Shown here: one piece after another, positions 46,014 to 53,537 of the stretch
Layout of the letters: the number at the start of each line of letters is the position of its first letter
Numbering within the stretch: the stretch's first letter is position 1
Assembly: GCA_036124005.1 (NCBI GenBank)
Contig: JAZADD010000077.1
Coordinates: 1 to 53,537 of the forward strand
Direction: 5' to 3'
DNA: 53,537 nucleotides
DNA from: Thermoplasmatota archaeon
GTDB taxonomy: Archaea; Thermoplasmatota; Poseidoniia; Poseidoniales; Thalassarchaeaceae
The notes under the pieces: generated by a model
What the model was told of the DNA's origin: nothing
The model's input: only the letters and a program-made list of their open reading frames with translations
Databases searched by the model: none
Position numbers and translations under genes: made by a program

Positions 46014-46081
46014 GCCGTTTGAATCACGACAGACCAGCGAGAAGTGGATGGGAAGCACAAACGCAAGAAGAAGGTGAAGAA

Positions 46082-46666
46082 ATGACTGACGAATACAAAA
46101 TTGAACAATTGATCGATCGAGAAGTGTACGTGGGAGGCAAACTAGTTGGTACTGTAAAGGGACAAAGATTCAATCCTCGCCCCGACCATGTCCGCTCACT
46201 ACGATTAGACGTGATGCCAGAAGTGGCACAGGAATATATGCGCAAGCCAGCATTTAGTGCCCCGCTCGCAAAGGAACTGATTCATAGCCTACAAACAGAT
46301 GGGACAATTCGGATTTCTAAATCGATGAGAGAACTACAACGAAGATGGAGGAATACAATCCGTATCCAAGATGGGCTCTACGCGCCTGATGAGATGCTTG
46401 GTCGAGCAGTGATGGATAATGACAGTAACGAAATCGGAACTGTCGTCGATCTTCAGAAGGTTAAGAGGACATTCAAGGGAGCAATTGTGAAACTGTTGCC
46501 GAGAGTAAGTTCTAGAATGGGACTTCCAGAAAAGATTCTGATTCCTGTAGATCAGTTCAGTAAGACAACTGCGCGTCTCGATGAAGTAATTCTATCATCA
46601 ACTCTGGATCGAGTTGTTACACTCACCTCTTACGCGAGGTTGAATGGCCTCGAAGTCGAGGAATGA
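46082..46666 (+). CDS. Tandem PRC-barrel domain protein
   Basis: Two segments have the PRC-barrel pattern: LIDREVYVGGKLVGTVKG and MLGRAVMDNDSNEIGTVVDLQKV. The ORF track starts at a TTG (46019), but the ATG at 46082, preceded by GGTGA, is preferred. Confidence 0.6.
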   Translation: MTDEYKIEQLIDREVYVGGKLVGTVKGQRFNPRPDHVRSLRLDVMPEVAQEYMRKPAFSAPLAKELIHSLQTDGTIRISKSMRELQRRWRNTIRIQDGLYAPDEMLGRAVMDNDSNEIGTVVDLQKVKRTFKGAIVKLLPRVSSRMGLPEKILIPVDQFSKTTARLDEVILSSTLDRVVTLTSYARLNGLEVEE

Positions 46667-46715
46667 GTGACCGTCACGCTTTAACCGGAAAGGCGATTCG
46701 GTGAGCCATACCCCA

Positions 46716-46790
46716 GGGCGGGTAGCTTAGCTTGGTTCGAGCACCCGGCTGATAACCGGGAGGTCGCAGGTTCAAATCCTGCCTCGCCCA
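46716..46790 (+). tRNA. tRNA-Ile (anticodon GAU)
   Basis: Folds by hand as GGGCGGG-TA-GCTT-AGCTTGGTTC-GAGC-A-CCCGG-CTGATAA-CCGGG-AGGTC-GCAGG-TTCAAAT-CCTGC-CTCGCCC-A. The cloverleaf is consistent, with one G-U pair in the acceptor stem. No CCA is encoded. Confidence 0.9.
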
Positions 46791-46840
46791 CTCCCTCATC
46801 CCATCGGAATGCCCATGAACGACAGGCATCAGGGACTCCC

Positions 46841-47800
46841 ATGGACGGGGTCGTTGCGTCGGGTTCGGGTGACAGTGGGCTCGCGAATGCTCTCGCAAAA
46901 AAACTAGGATGGGAACACCTGAATCTAGAAACTAGAAGATTTCCAGATACTGAAGGATACGTTCGCGTTCCTGATGATTGTCTTGACCCTATTCGAAGTG
47001 GACCAGTTGCTTTAGTCTCGACCACTTTCCCTGACTCAGCAATCCTTGAGACCCTTTTCCTACTCGATGCTATTCGTGATGTCCGTTCTGGAGAAATGTC
47101 TAGCCTCAAAGGAGGAGAAGTTGAGGAACCGGATGTTGGACCTGGTGTCTTCCTTGTAATTCCATACTACGGCTATTCACGTCAAGATAAGCGATTTATG
47201 GCAGGAGAAGCGATCTCTGCGAAATTCTTAGCACGCACATTCGCTACCCATTGTGATGGTATCGTGGTTCTTGACATTCATGCTCCTGAAGCAATGGATA
47301 ACATGGACGTACCGGTAGAGTTAGTTAGCGCTATGCCTGAGATTGCTAAACACCTGCAAGAACGTGTTCAGCCTGATTTCATACTCAGTCCAGACAAAGG
47401 GGCAATTGACCGTGCATCAAGCGTGGCGAGCGCAATTGACGTCCCTTTCTCCTATCTTGAGAAAAAGCGCATTGATGCACACACCATCGAGCATACGCCG
47501 AAGGATTTGGATGTTGAAGGACGTATTGTGGCAATTGTAGACGATATGATTAGCACAGGCGGCACAATATGTCGCGCATCTGACGCACTTCGTCGCCAGG
47601 GAGCAAAGGAAGTTCATGCAGCCTGTACTCACGGTTTGTTCACAGGAGGGGCAATCCACCGGCTTGGAAATCACGTTGATGGCGTCCATTCTACTGATTC
47701 ATTGCCAAATCCTAGGGCAAATGTCTCTGCAGCAGAAGCTCTATCCAGAGGAGTCAAGCGATTGATTGAACGTATATCCTCTGAGATAGTTGCCCAATAA
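46841..47800 (+). CDS. prs: Ribose-phosphate pyrophosphokinase (PRPP synthetase)
   Basis: Has the PRPP-binding loop IVDDMISTGGTICRA and YYGYSRQDKRF, with the usual family layout. Confidence 0.9.
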   Translation: MDGVVASGSGDSGLANALAKKLGWEHLNLETRRFPDTEGYVRVPDDCLDPIRSGPVALVSTTFPDSAILETLFLLDAIRDVRSGEMSSLKGGEVEEPDVGPGVFLVIPYYGYSRQDKRFMAGEAISAKFLARTFATHCDGIVVLDIHAPEAMDNMDVPVELVSAMPEIAKHLQERVQPDFILSPDKGAIDRASSVASAIDVPFSYLEKKRIDAHTIEHTPKDLDVEGRIVAIVDDMISTGGTICRASDALRRQGAKEVHAACTHGLFTGGAIHRLGNHVDGVHSTDSLPNPRANVSAAEALSRGVKRLIERISSEIVAQ

Positions 47801-47840
47801 TGCTCGACTTGGTGAGCAGAGTGTCTCTATGAGTCCAATG

Positions 47841-47849
47841 CGTTTATAT
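47841..47849 (+). promoter_or_regulatory. Candidate BRE/TATA (CGTTTATAT) for the rpl7ae-rps28e-rpl24e operon
   Basis: CGTTTATAT lies ~45 nt upstream of the ATG at 47891. A GAGGT sits 8 nt before the start. Confidence 0.45.
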
Positions 47850-47890
47850 CGAGTCCTTCCACCGCAGCGGATGCACAAGAGGTAGACCCA

Positions 47891-48271
47891 ATGACTGAGC
47901 ACATCGCATTCGAAACACCACAAGACGTCCGAGACAGTGTCTTTGAGCTAGTAAAGCTCGTTGGCAAGGAAGGACATGGCGTCGTCAAGAAAGGAGCTAA
48001 TGAGGTCACTAAGTGCGCCGAACGTCAGACTGCTCAGATGGTAGTCATGGCAGAGGACGTTAACCCTCCCGAACTCCTAGCACATATCCCACAGATTTGC
48101 AAGGAAAAGGGCATTCCGTTCATCTACGTTGACAGCCAAGAGTACCTTGCTGAATATGCAGGTATGGCATCAGGCACCAAGACCGCGGCGATTGCAATTC
48201 TTGAAGTCGGCCGGGACGCGTCTGACCGATTCCAAGCTATCAAGGATCAGGCCACAACATTGGCTGCATGA
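47891..48271 (+). CDS. rpl7ae: 50S ribosomal protein L7Ae (kink-turn binding)
   Basis: Contains [46 protein letters not shown]. Confidence 0.95.
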   Translation: MTEHIAFETPQDVRDSVFELVKLVGKEGHGVVKKGANEVTKCAERQTAQMVVMAEDVNPPELLAHIPQICKEKGIPFIYVDSQEYLAEYAGMASGTKTAAIAILEVGRDASDRFQAIKDQATTLAA

Positions 48272-48285
48272 AAGGAGGAGATGGA

Positions 48286-48504
48286 ATGGCTGTGGAATCA
48301 TGGCCTGCTGAGGTCGTTGAGATTGTCGGCCGAACTGGAATGCGTGGTGAAGCCACTCAGGTCAAGGTCCGTGTCAACGATGCTCCCAATCCACGCGACG
48401 TTGGACGCATTATCACTCGCAACGTGCTTGGACCCGTTCGACTTGGCGATGTTCTAATGCTACGCGATACTGGTCGTGAGGCTAAGAGGCTAAATGCCCG
48501 CTGA
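48286..48504 (+). CDS. rps28e: 30S ribosomal protein S28e
   Basis: Contains [24 protein letters not shown]...[30 protein letters not shown]. An AGGAGG lies 7 nt before the ATG at 48286. The track's ATG at 48268 overlaps the rpl7ae stop and is a possible alternative. Confidence 0.9.
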   Translation: MAVESWPAEVVEIVGRTGMRGEATQVKVRVNDAPNPRDVGRIITRNVLGPVRLGDVLMLRDTGREAKRLNAR

Positions 48505-48515
48505 GGTGAAAAGAT

Positions 48516-48707
48516 ATGCCTGATACTCACACATGCAGTTTCTCTGGAGAAGAGATTGAACCTGGAACAGGAATGATGTTCGTCAAGAGAGACGGTTCAG
48601 TCCTCTGGTTCAAAGACAGTAAATCCAGGAAAAATCATCTCAAAACAAAGCGCAACCCAAGACGAATTAAGTGGACTCGTCACTACGTCAAGGGCGGCAT
48701 CAAGTGA
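48516..48707 (+). CDS. rpl24e: 50S ribosomal protein L24e
   Basis: Contains CSFSGEEIEPGTGMMFVKRDGSVLWFKDSKSRKN, the zinc-ribbon-like L24e signature. Confidence 0.9.
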   Translation: MPDTHTCSFSGEEIEPGTGMMFVKRDGSVLWFKDSKSRKNHLKTKRNPRRIKWTRHYVKGGIK

Positions 48708-48826
48708 TTGAATTGAGTTGGGTTTCTGCAATTATTGCTTCAATATTTGGAGCGAGCGATACCATCGATGAGATTCTTGAAGAAGAATAGGTATCGGTTG
48801 AAATACACCCATCCGGTCGGCGGGTC

Positions 48827-49282
48827 ATGCCCGACACACAAACCACCTTTGTCATGGTGAAGCCAGACGGTGTCCAGAGAGGACTTGTAGGCGAGATTAT
48901 CCGGAGATTTGAGTGTAAAGGCCTACGATTGGTAGGCCTACGTGGACTAATCCCCTCAGAAGAACTAGCAGAGACTCACTATGAAGTTCACAAAGAGCGG
49001 CCCTTCTATTCTGGTCTGATCTCATTCATCACCTCCGGCCCCGTAGTTGCCATGGCTTGGTCAGGTGTAGATGCCATTAGTGTAGCACGCTCCATTATCG
49101 GTCCAACCAATGGTAGGGAAGCAGCACCAGGTACAATCCGCGGAGATTACGGTATGGATATAGGATACAATCTCATCCACGGTAGCGATGGTGAAGATAC
49201 TGCATCGAGTGAATTAGCTCTATGGTTCCCTGAAGGAACTATGGAATGGAATCGAGATATCGAACAGTGGATTTACGAGTGA
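48827..49282 (+). CDS. ndk: Nucleoside diphosphate kinase
   Basis: Contains [23 protein letters not shown] and the active-site segment NLIHGSD. Confidence 0.95.
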   Translation: MPDTQTTFVMVKPDGVQRGLVGEIIRRFECKGLRLVGLRGLIPSEELAETHYEVHKERPFYSGLISFITSGPVVAMAWSGVDAISVARSIIGPTNGREAAPGTIRGDYGMDIGYNLIHGSDGEDTASSELALWFPEGTMEWNRDIEQWIYE

Positions 49283-51123
49283 GGGGACGTGATGGTGTGG
49301 ATGGACGACGTCAACCGATTGTCGCTGTCCTCGGTCATGTAGACCATGGAAAAACATCCTTGTTGGACCATATTCGAAATCTAGGGTCACGTTCCCAAGG
49401 TTCTGTAATGGCTCGTGAAGCAGGAGGTATTACCCAGCACATCGGTGCGACTGAGGTTCCTGCAGAAATACTCAACAAAATTTGTGGGCCGCTATTACAA
49501 GGGAAGGCGTTTCTTTCTCCAGGGCTGCTCTTCATCGACACTCCGGGGCACCATTCTTTCACCTCATTGAGAACCCGTGGTGGGGCTTTGGCCGATATCG
49601 CAATTCTCGTCATCGATGTTATGGATGGGTGCAAGCCCCAAACAATCGAATCAATACGGATTCTTCGTGAATCCAAGACTCCTTTCATCATTGCAATGAA
49701 CAAGGTAGACCGTCTGTATGGCTGGAATGCTGTGAGTGGGCGATCTACTGCAAAATCCCTGCGAGAACAATCAAGCGATGTTATCGGATATCTTGAGGAG
49801 AAACATTGGAAATTAGTCGCAGAACTGGGTGAGAATGGCTTCAATGCAGAACGCTATGATCGTGTCACAGATTTCACTAACACAATCGCGATGGTTCCAT
49901 GTTCTGCTAAAGAAGGAGAAGGCATTCAAGACCTACTTGCAGTCGTAATCGGACTCGCTGAAAGATACCTTGAATCCCAGTTAACTGATGTGGAAGGGAG
50001 TGGTATAGCAACTATCTTGGAAGTTAAAGAAGAACGAGGCCTAGGTAAGACTCTTGATATCATCCTCTCTAAGGGTTCAATTAGCAAGGGTGACGAAATT
50101 ATCGTTGCTACAGAAAGTGGGCCAAAACGAACGAAAGTAAGAGGGATGTTCTCACCAAGGGGAATGACCGAGATGAGAGATGCTGGGGATCGATGGGATC
50201 CCGTCGATAGTGTTCATGCTGCAGCAGGAGTCAAAGTTAGTGCAGTTGACCTAGATGATGTTCTTGCCGGCACAACTCTCCATGTCGTGAATACTGAAGA
50301 GGAGGTTGAAGACGCTTGGATGAAAGCAAAAGAAGAATCAACTCTCAGTATTGACCTCAAAGATAGTGGCGTCTGTATCAAAGCAGATACTCTTGGTGGT
50401 CTCGAAGCACTCGCCTTCGAACTAGGAGAGCGTGATATCTCCATTCGTGCCGCGAGCGTGGGTAAAATCACGCGACGAGATGTACGCATTGCCGAAGTCG
50501 GGAAGGAACGTGAGGAACGTGTAATCCTCGCCTTCAGCACTAGCACGCTTCCAGATGCGACAAAAGAAATCGAAAAACCGAGTTCAGATGTTCATCTCAT
50601 TGGAGGGGAAATCGTCTACCATATCATGGAACAATACGAAGAATGGCGGGAAAATGTCCTTGCTGAGAAAGAAAAGGAAGAACGTGAGATGGTCGTCCAC
50701 CCTGGAAGGCTTCTCTTTCTTCCCGACCATACTTTCCGCGCCTCTAAACCCGCGGTCATTGGTGTAAGAGTTCTAGGGGGGCGAATCCACATTGGCCAGC
50801 GTCTCATGAAGGATGGTATGCAAATTGGTCAGGTAAAATCGATCAAAAAGGGCCAAGATAACCAAAAAGAAGCTATCCAAGGTGATGAAGTCGCCATCGC
50901 CATCGATGGTGCGGTAAAACGTCCAGGTGAAGAAGCAATGGAGGCGACTCACGTTACTGTTGGCAGGCAAATCGATGAAGGTGATGTCCTACTCGTCTCC
51001 GTTCCAGAAAGTCACGTTCGGATTCTCAGAAAAAGAGAACTCAGTGCAATGGAAAAAGAAATTCTGGAGGAGATTATCATGATGCATCGACGAAATCCTG
51101 AAACTCCAAGATGGGGGCTTTGA
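49279..51123 (+). CDS. infB: Translation initiation factor aIF5B (IF-2 family GTPase)
   Basis: Has the GTPase motifs [17 protein letters not shown] and NKVD. The GTG at 49279 overlaps the ndk stop (GTGA). The track's ATG at 49246 lies inside ndk. Confidence 0.9.
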   Translation: MRGRDGVDGRRQPIVAVLGHVDHGKTSLLDHIRNLGSRSQGSVMAREAGGITQHIGATEVPAEILNKICGPLLQGKAFLSPGLLFIDTPGHHSFTSLRTRGGALADIAILVIDVMDGCKPQTIESIRILRESKTPFIIAMNKVDRLYGWNAVSGRSTAKSLREQSSDVIGYLEEKHWKLVAELGENGFNAERYDRVTDFTNTIAMVPCSAKEGEGIQDLLAVVIGLAERYLESQLTDVEGSGIATILEVKEERGLGKTLDIILSKGSISKGDEIIVATESGPKRTKVRGMFSPRGMTEMRDAGDRWDPVDSVHAAAGVKVSAVDLDDVLAGTTLHVVNTEEEVEDAWMKAKEESTLSIDLKDSGVCIKADTLGGLEALAFELGERDISIRAASVGKITRRDVRIAEVGKEREERVILAFSTSTLPDATKEIEKPSSDVHLIGGEIVYHIMEQYEEWRENVLAEKEKEEREMVVHPGRLLFLPDHTFRASKPAVIGVRVLGGRIHIGQRLMKDGMQIGQVKSIKKGQDNQKEAIQGDEVAIAIDGAVKRPGEEAMEATHVTVGRQIDEGDVLLVSVPESHVRILRKRELSAMEKEILEEIIMMHRRNPETPRWGL

Positions 51124-51192
51124 CCCACGTACGGGAACGACGAACCTTGAAGTAGTTCAGGATAGGGTTTGGCGTCTGCTGAAGGTGATTGA

Positions 51193-52182
51193 ATGGTCTC
51201 AGAATATTCAGGAGGAGGAGGCCGCGGACGAGAGGTCGTTCGTGTTGTGAGTGATATCTCAAACGCTTTAATGAACGAAGTTTCCAAGGTTATCATCGGA
51301 AAACAAGAGAATCTTCGACGTGTGACTATTGGTATCTTGTCCAACGGAAATATGCTCCTCGAAGACTTTCCTGGGCTCGGTAAAACAATGCTTGCGAACA
51401 CCTTCGCGCGCTCACTAGGCTGCAAATTCAAGCGTGTGCAATTTACCCCTGACCTACTTCCTTCAGACATCATGGGGACATACATGTATGACCAGCAAGC
51501 AGGCGAATTCAAACTCCGACCGGGGCCACTATTTGCTAACCTACTCCTTGCTGACGAGATTAATCGTGCACCGCCTAAGACACAAGCAGCCCTCCTTGAA
51601 GCAATGGAAGAGAAACAAGTCACCATCGAAGGAATCACGCACAAACTTCCCGCACCGTTCGTGACTCTTGCTACCCAGAACCCAATTGAACAGGAAGGAA
51701 CCTATCCTCTACCTGAAGCACAGATGGATCGTTTCCTGATGAAGATGAGCATGGGATACCCCAATCGCCAGGAAGAGAAAGCTATCCTCGCACGCCGGAA
51801 GATGCGTGGTAAGGACGATCACGATGTTGAGCAAATCACCTCTCCAAAGAAGGTAGTCGCCATGCAAAAGGCGCTTGAAGAGGTCCACATTGACCCTGCA
51901 ATTCTCTCCTACATTGTCGAAGTCGTCCAGCGTTCACGTGAAGACCATCGCGTAATCACCGGTGCATCGCCTCGTGCGAGCCAATCGCTATTCAAGACTG
52001 GGCGTGCAGCAGCAGCAATCGATGGTCGCGACTATGTTATCCCCGACGACATCAAATCCGTTGCTCTACAAGTCGTAAGCCACCGAATTGTCCTCAAACC
52101 TGAAGCAAAGATTCGTGGAATTACTGGCATGCACATCATGAGAAAGATTCTGAATGAAGTTCCCGTGCCCGTCATTCAGTGA
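51193..52182 (+). CDS. MoxR-family AAA+ ATPase
   Basis: Has LLEDFPGLGKTMLANTFA (Walker A) and LLADEINRAPPKTQAALLEAMEE (Walker B / sensor region). Length is ~330 aa. Confidence 0.9.
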   Translation: MVSEYSGGGGRGREVVRVVSDISNALMNEVSKVIIGKQENLRRVTIGILSNGNMLLEDFPGLGKTMLANTFARSLGCKFKRVQFTPDLLPSDIMGTYMYDQQAGEFKLRPGPLFANLLLADEINRAPPKTQAALLEAMEEKQVTIEGITHKLPAPFVTLATQNPIEQEGTYPLPEAQMDRFLMKMSMGYPNRQEEKAILARRKMRGKDDHDVEQITSPKKVVAMQKALEEVHIDPAILSYIVEVVQRSREDHRVITGASPRASQSLFKTGRAAAAIDGRDYVIPDDIKSVALQVVSHRIVLKPEAKIRGITGMHIMRKILNEVPVPVIQ

Positions 52183-52245
52183 TTTTAGGCCATTCATACT
52201 GCCAATACTGATTTAGGACGGCGATTGTGGGGTTCTTGAGGACGG

Positions 52246-53232
52246 ATGGACCCATACAAGACTATCATCTCATGCACCAACCAGAAAGGTGGGTGCGCCA
52301 AGACGACTACTGCTGTCAATTTGGCAACAGCACTCGCTGAAGGAAACCCAAGTATGGGTATTCCTCCAGCCAAAGTCCTCCTGATTGATCTCGATCCGCA
52401 GGGAAACGCTTCCACTAGTTTCGGTGTAGATAAACGACTGGACGTGCCCACAGTCTACGATTTGTTGATGCAACCTTCAGACGGTACTCTCAATGTTCAT
52501 GACTATCTAATTGGACCTGAAATTCTCACCGATGAAATGCAACGTGCTTTCAAAAACATGAACCAAGATTCCAGGGTTCCTCCTCGATTGAAAGTAGAGA
52601 ACCTCTACCTTTTGCCATCAAACATACGTCTCTCGGGAGCTGAAATCGAGCTCGCTACTAAACTTGGCAGAGAGACCCGCCTGCGAGAAGCTCTTGCTCC
52701 TGTAATGAACGACTTTGATCATATCATCATTGACACACCTCCATCACTTGGTCTGCTCACAATCAACGCCTTGGCGGCTTCAAACTGGATTCTTGTACCT
52801 GTTCAAGCAGAGTACTATGCCCTTGAAGGTATGAGTCAACTCATGAACTCAATTCGACTGATACAAAAGCGTGTCAATAACCATCTGAAACTATTCGGGA
52901 TTGCTGTCACCATGTACACTCCTCAATCCAAACTATCCGCTTTCGTCGAAGGCGAAGTTCGCAAACACTTCGGAGAAGATGTATTTCAAACAGTTATCCC
53001 ACGATTAATGTCCATCGCTGAAGCTCCAAAAGATGGTGCGCCAGTAGTTCTTCTGAAACGACCGACGAAACGCAACAAGGGTAGCAAGCAGTATTGGGGC
53101 CTCGCCAAGGAAGCACACCAACGAATCCTTGCAAGAAGGGCAGAATATGGAATCAATCCAGAATCGGTTCTACGGCGAGAAGCTATCGAAAAAGGCGATC
53201 CCGAACATATCTGGGATGATATCGAAGACTGA
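52246..53232 (+). CDS. ParA/Soj/SegA-like deviant Walker-A partition ATPase with internal insertion and C-terminal extension
   Basis: Has NQKGGCAKTTTAVNLATALAE (deviant Walker A K-G-G-x-x-K-T) and IIIDTPPSLG, and continues with PVQAEYYALEGMSQL. It is about 100 aa longer than the canonical ~220-260 aa ParA. Confidence 0.85.
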   Translation: MDPYKTIISCTNQKGGCAKTTTAVNLATALAEGNPSMGIPPAKVLLIDLDPQGNASTSFGVDKRLDVPTVYDLLMQPSDGTLNVHDYLIGPEILTDEMQRAFKNMNQDSRVPPRLKVENLYLLPSNIRLSGAEIELATKLGRETRLREALAPVMNDFDHIIIDTPPSLGLLTINALAASNWILVPVQAEYYALEGMSQLMNSIRLIQKRVNNHLKLFGIAVTMYTPQSKLSAFVEGEVRKHFGEDVFQTVIPRLMSIAEAPKDGAPVVLLKRPTKRNKGSKQYWGLAKEAHQRILARRAEYGINPESVLRREAIEKGDPEHIWDDIED

Positions 53233-53276
53233 TTCAACATCAAGAGAACGGCATTACGGCACCTAAGACAACCGTC

Positions 53277-53537
53277 ATGGCTATGTTCAGAACTGTAACC
53301 GTGATGTCGATGGGCTCCCCCGACATGACCTCTGTTTCCGTCTCTTTCGAAATCCGAAGACGTTTGAACTCGCTAAAGGCAATGGAAGGAGTTACCAGCG
53401 TCGATGATCTACTAAAAGCGGTATTGAAGGAGCATCGATTGAATAGATTGCGTGCTGAGCAAGACTCCATCCGTTCTCGTATTCGAGAGCTCAAAAAAAC
53501 CGATATTGAGGCAGTAATCAATCGTATCATGGAGGAA
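53277..53537 (+). CDS. Putative ribbon-helix-helix DNA-binding protein (ParG/SegB-like partner of the ParA ATPase); open at the window end
   Basis: Not in the ORF track because no stop lies in the window. Reads MAMFRTVTVMSMGSPDMTSVSVSFEIRRRLNSLKAMEGVTSVDDLLKAVLKEHRLNRLRAEQDSIRSRIRELKK... A beta-strand (VSVSF) followed by two helices fits the RHH fold. The start may be the Met at 53325. Confidence 0.5.
   Translation, partial: MAMFRTVTVMSMGSPDMTSVSVSFEIRRRLNSLKAMEGVTSVDDLLKAVLKEHRLNRLRAEQDSIRSRIRELKKTDIEAVINRIMEE

Noticed and set aside
45652-46081. Calling the AT-rich palindrome-rich spacer a replication origin
   Set aside because: I did not annotate it as an origin. No orc1/cdc6 gene is adjacent. 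The box differs from the mini-ORB core I remember. The same box family also occurs downstream of serS and at the uvrB stop. It is kept only as a hypothesis in the findings.
46019-46081. TTG-initiated 21-codon N-terminal extension of the PRC-barrel ORF
   Set aside because: The extension overlaps the putative promoter-proximal region. The ATG at 46082 has a GGTGA upstream and begins the conserved-looking sequence.
46674-47109. Minus-strand ORFs 46674..46898 and 46681..47109
   Set aside because: They run antisense through tRNA-Ile (46716-46790) and the 5' end of prs. The tRNA cloverleaf and the PRPP synthetase motifs explain the sequence better.
53240-53530. Minus-strand 96-aa ORF at the window end
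   Set aside because: Its translation is low-complexity (S/R/I-rich). The opposite strand reads as a ribbon-helix-helix protein directly downstream of ParA, so I preferred the plus-strand ORF, with only moderate confidence.

Overview
This window looks like a compact archaeal chromosome segment. The archaeal markers are chromatin protein MC1, Hjc resolvase, ribosomal proteins L7Ae, S28e and L24e, aIF5B, deoxyhypusine synthase and geranylgeranyl reductase. Gene content and the acidic proteome suggest a planktonic Thermoplasmatota or euryarchaeal heterotroph, but that lineage call is inference only. I call about 44 coding regions and 2 tRNAs (Gly-CCC and Ile-GAU). I see no rRNA, CRISPR array, transposase or integrase. 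Most genes are housekeeping: serS, uvrB, folC, dCMP deaminase, prs, ndk, an Lhr-type helicase, the rpl7ae-rps28e-rpl24e-ndk-aIF5B cluster, a four-gene methylcrotonyl-CoA carboxylase/hydratase operon, and a UbiD-UbiA-SDR module beside geranylgeranyl reductase and CcmF. The stretches worth a second look are these. (1) A presenilin-family intramembrane protease carries a ~370-residue ectodomain inserted between its transmembrane segments. (2) Two giant membrane-anchored surface proteins (about 1,700 aa each) flank a block containing a site-2 protease and a signal peptidase. (3) A short CAATTG-centred palindromic repeat family recurs in three spacers or gene ends, including the only long (~430 bp) AT-rich non-coding region. 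(4) A divergent pair encodes an RNase H-fold protein and an elongated Hjc nuclease next to tRNA-Gly. (5) A MoxR ATPase without its usual partners is followed by a ParA/SegA-like ATPase and a ribbon-helix-helix ORF that the ORF track misses. I did not recognise a complete defence, mobile or toxin-antitoxin system. All family assignments rest on motifs read by eye and recalled from memory, not on database searches.
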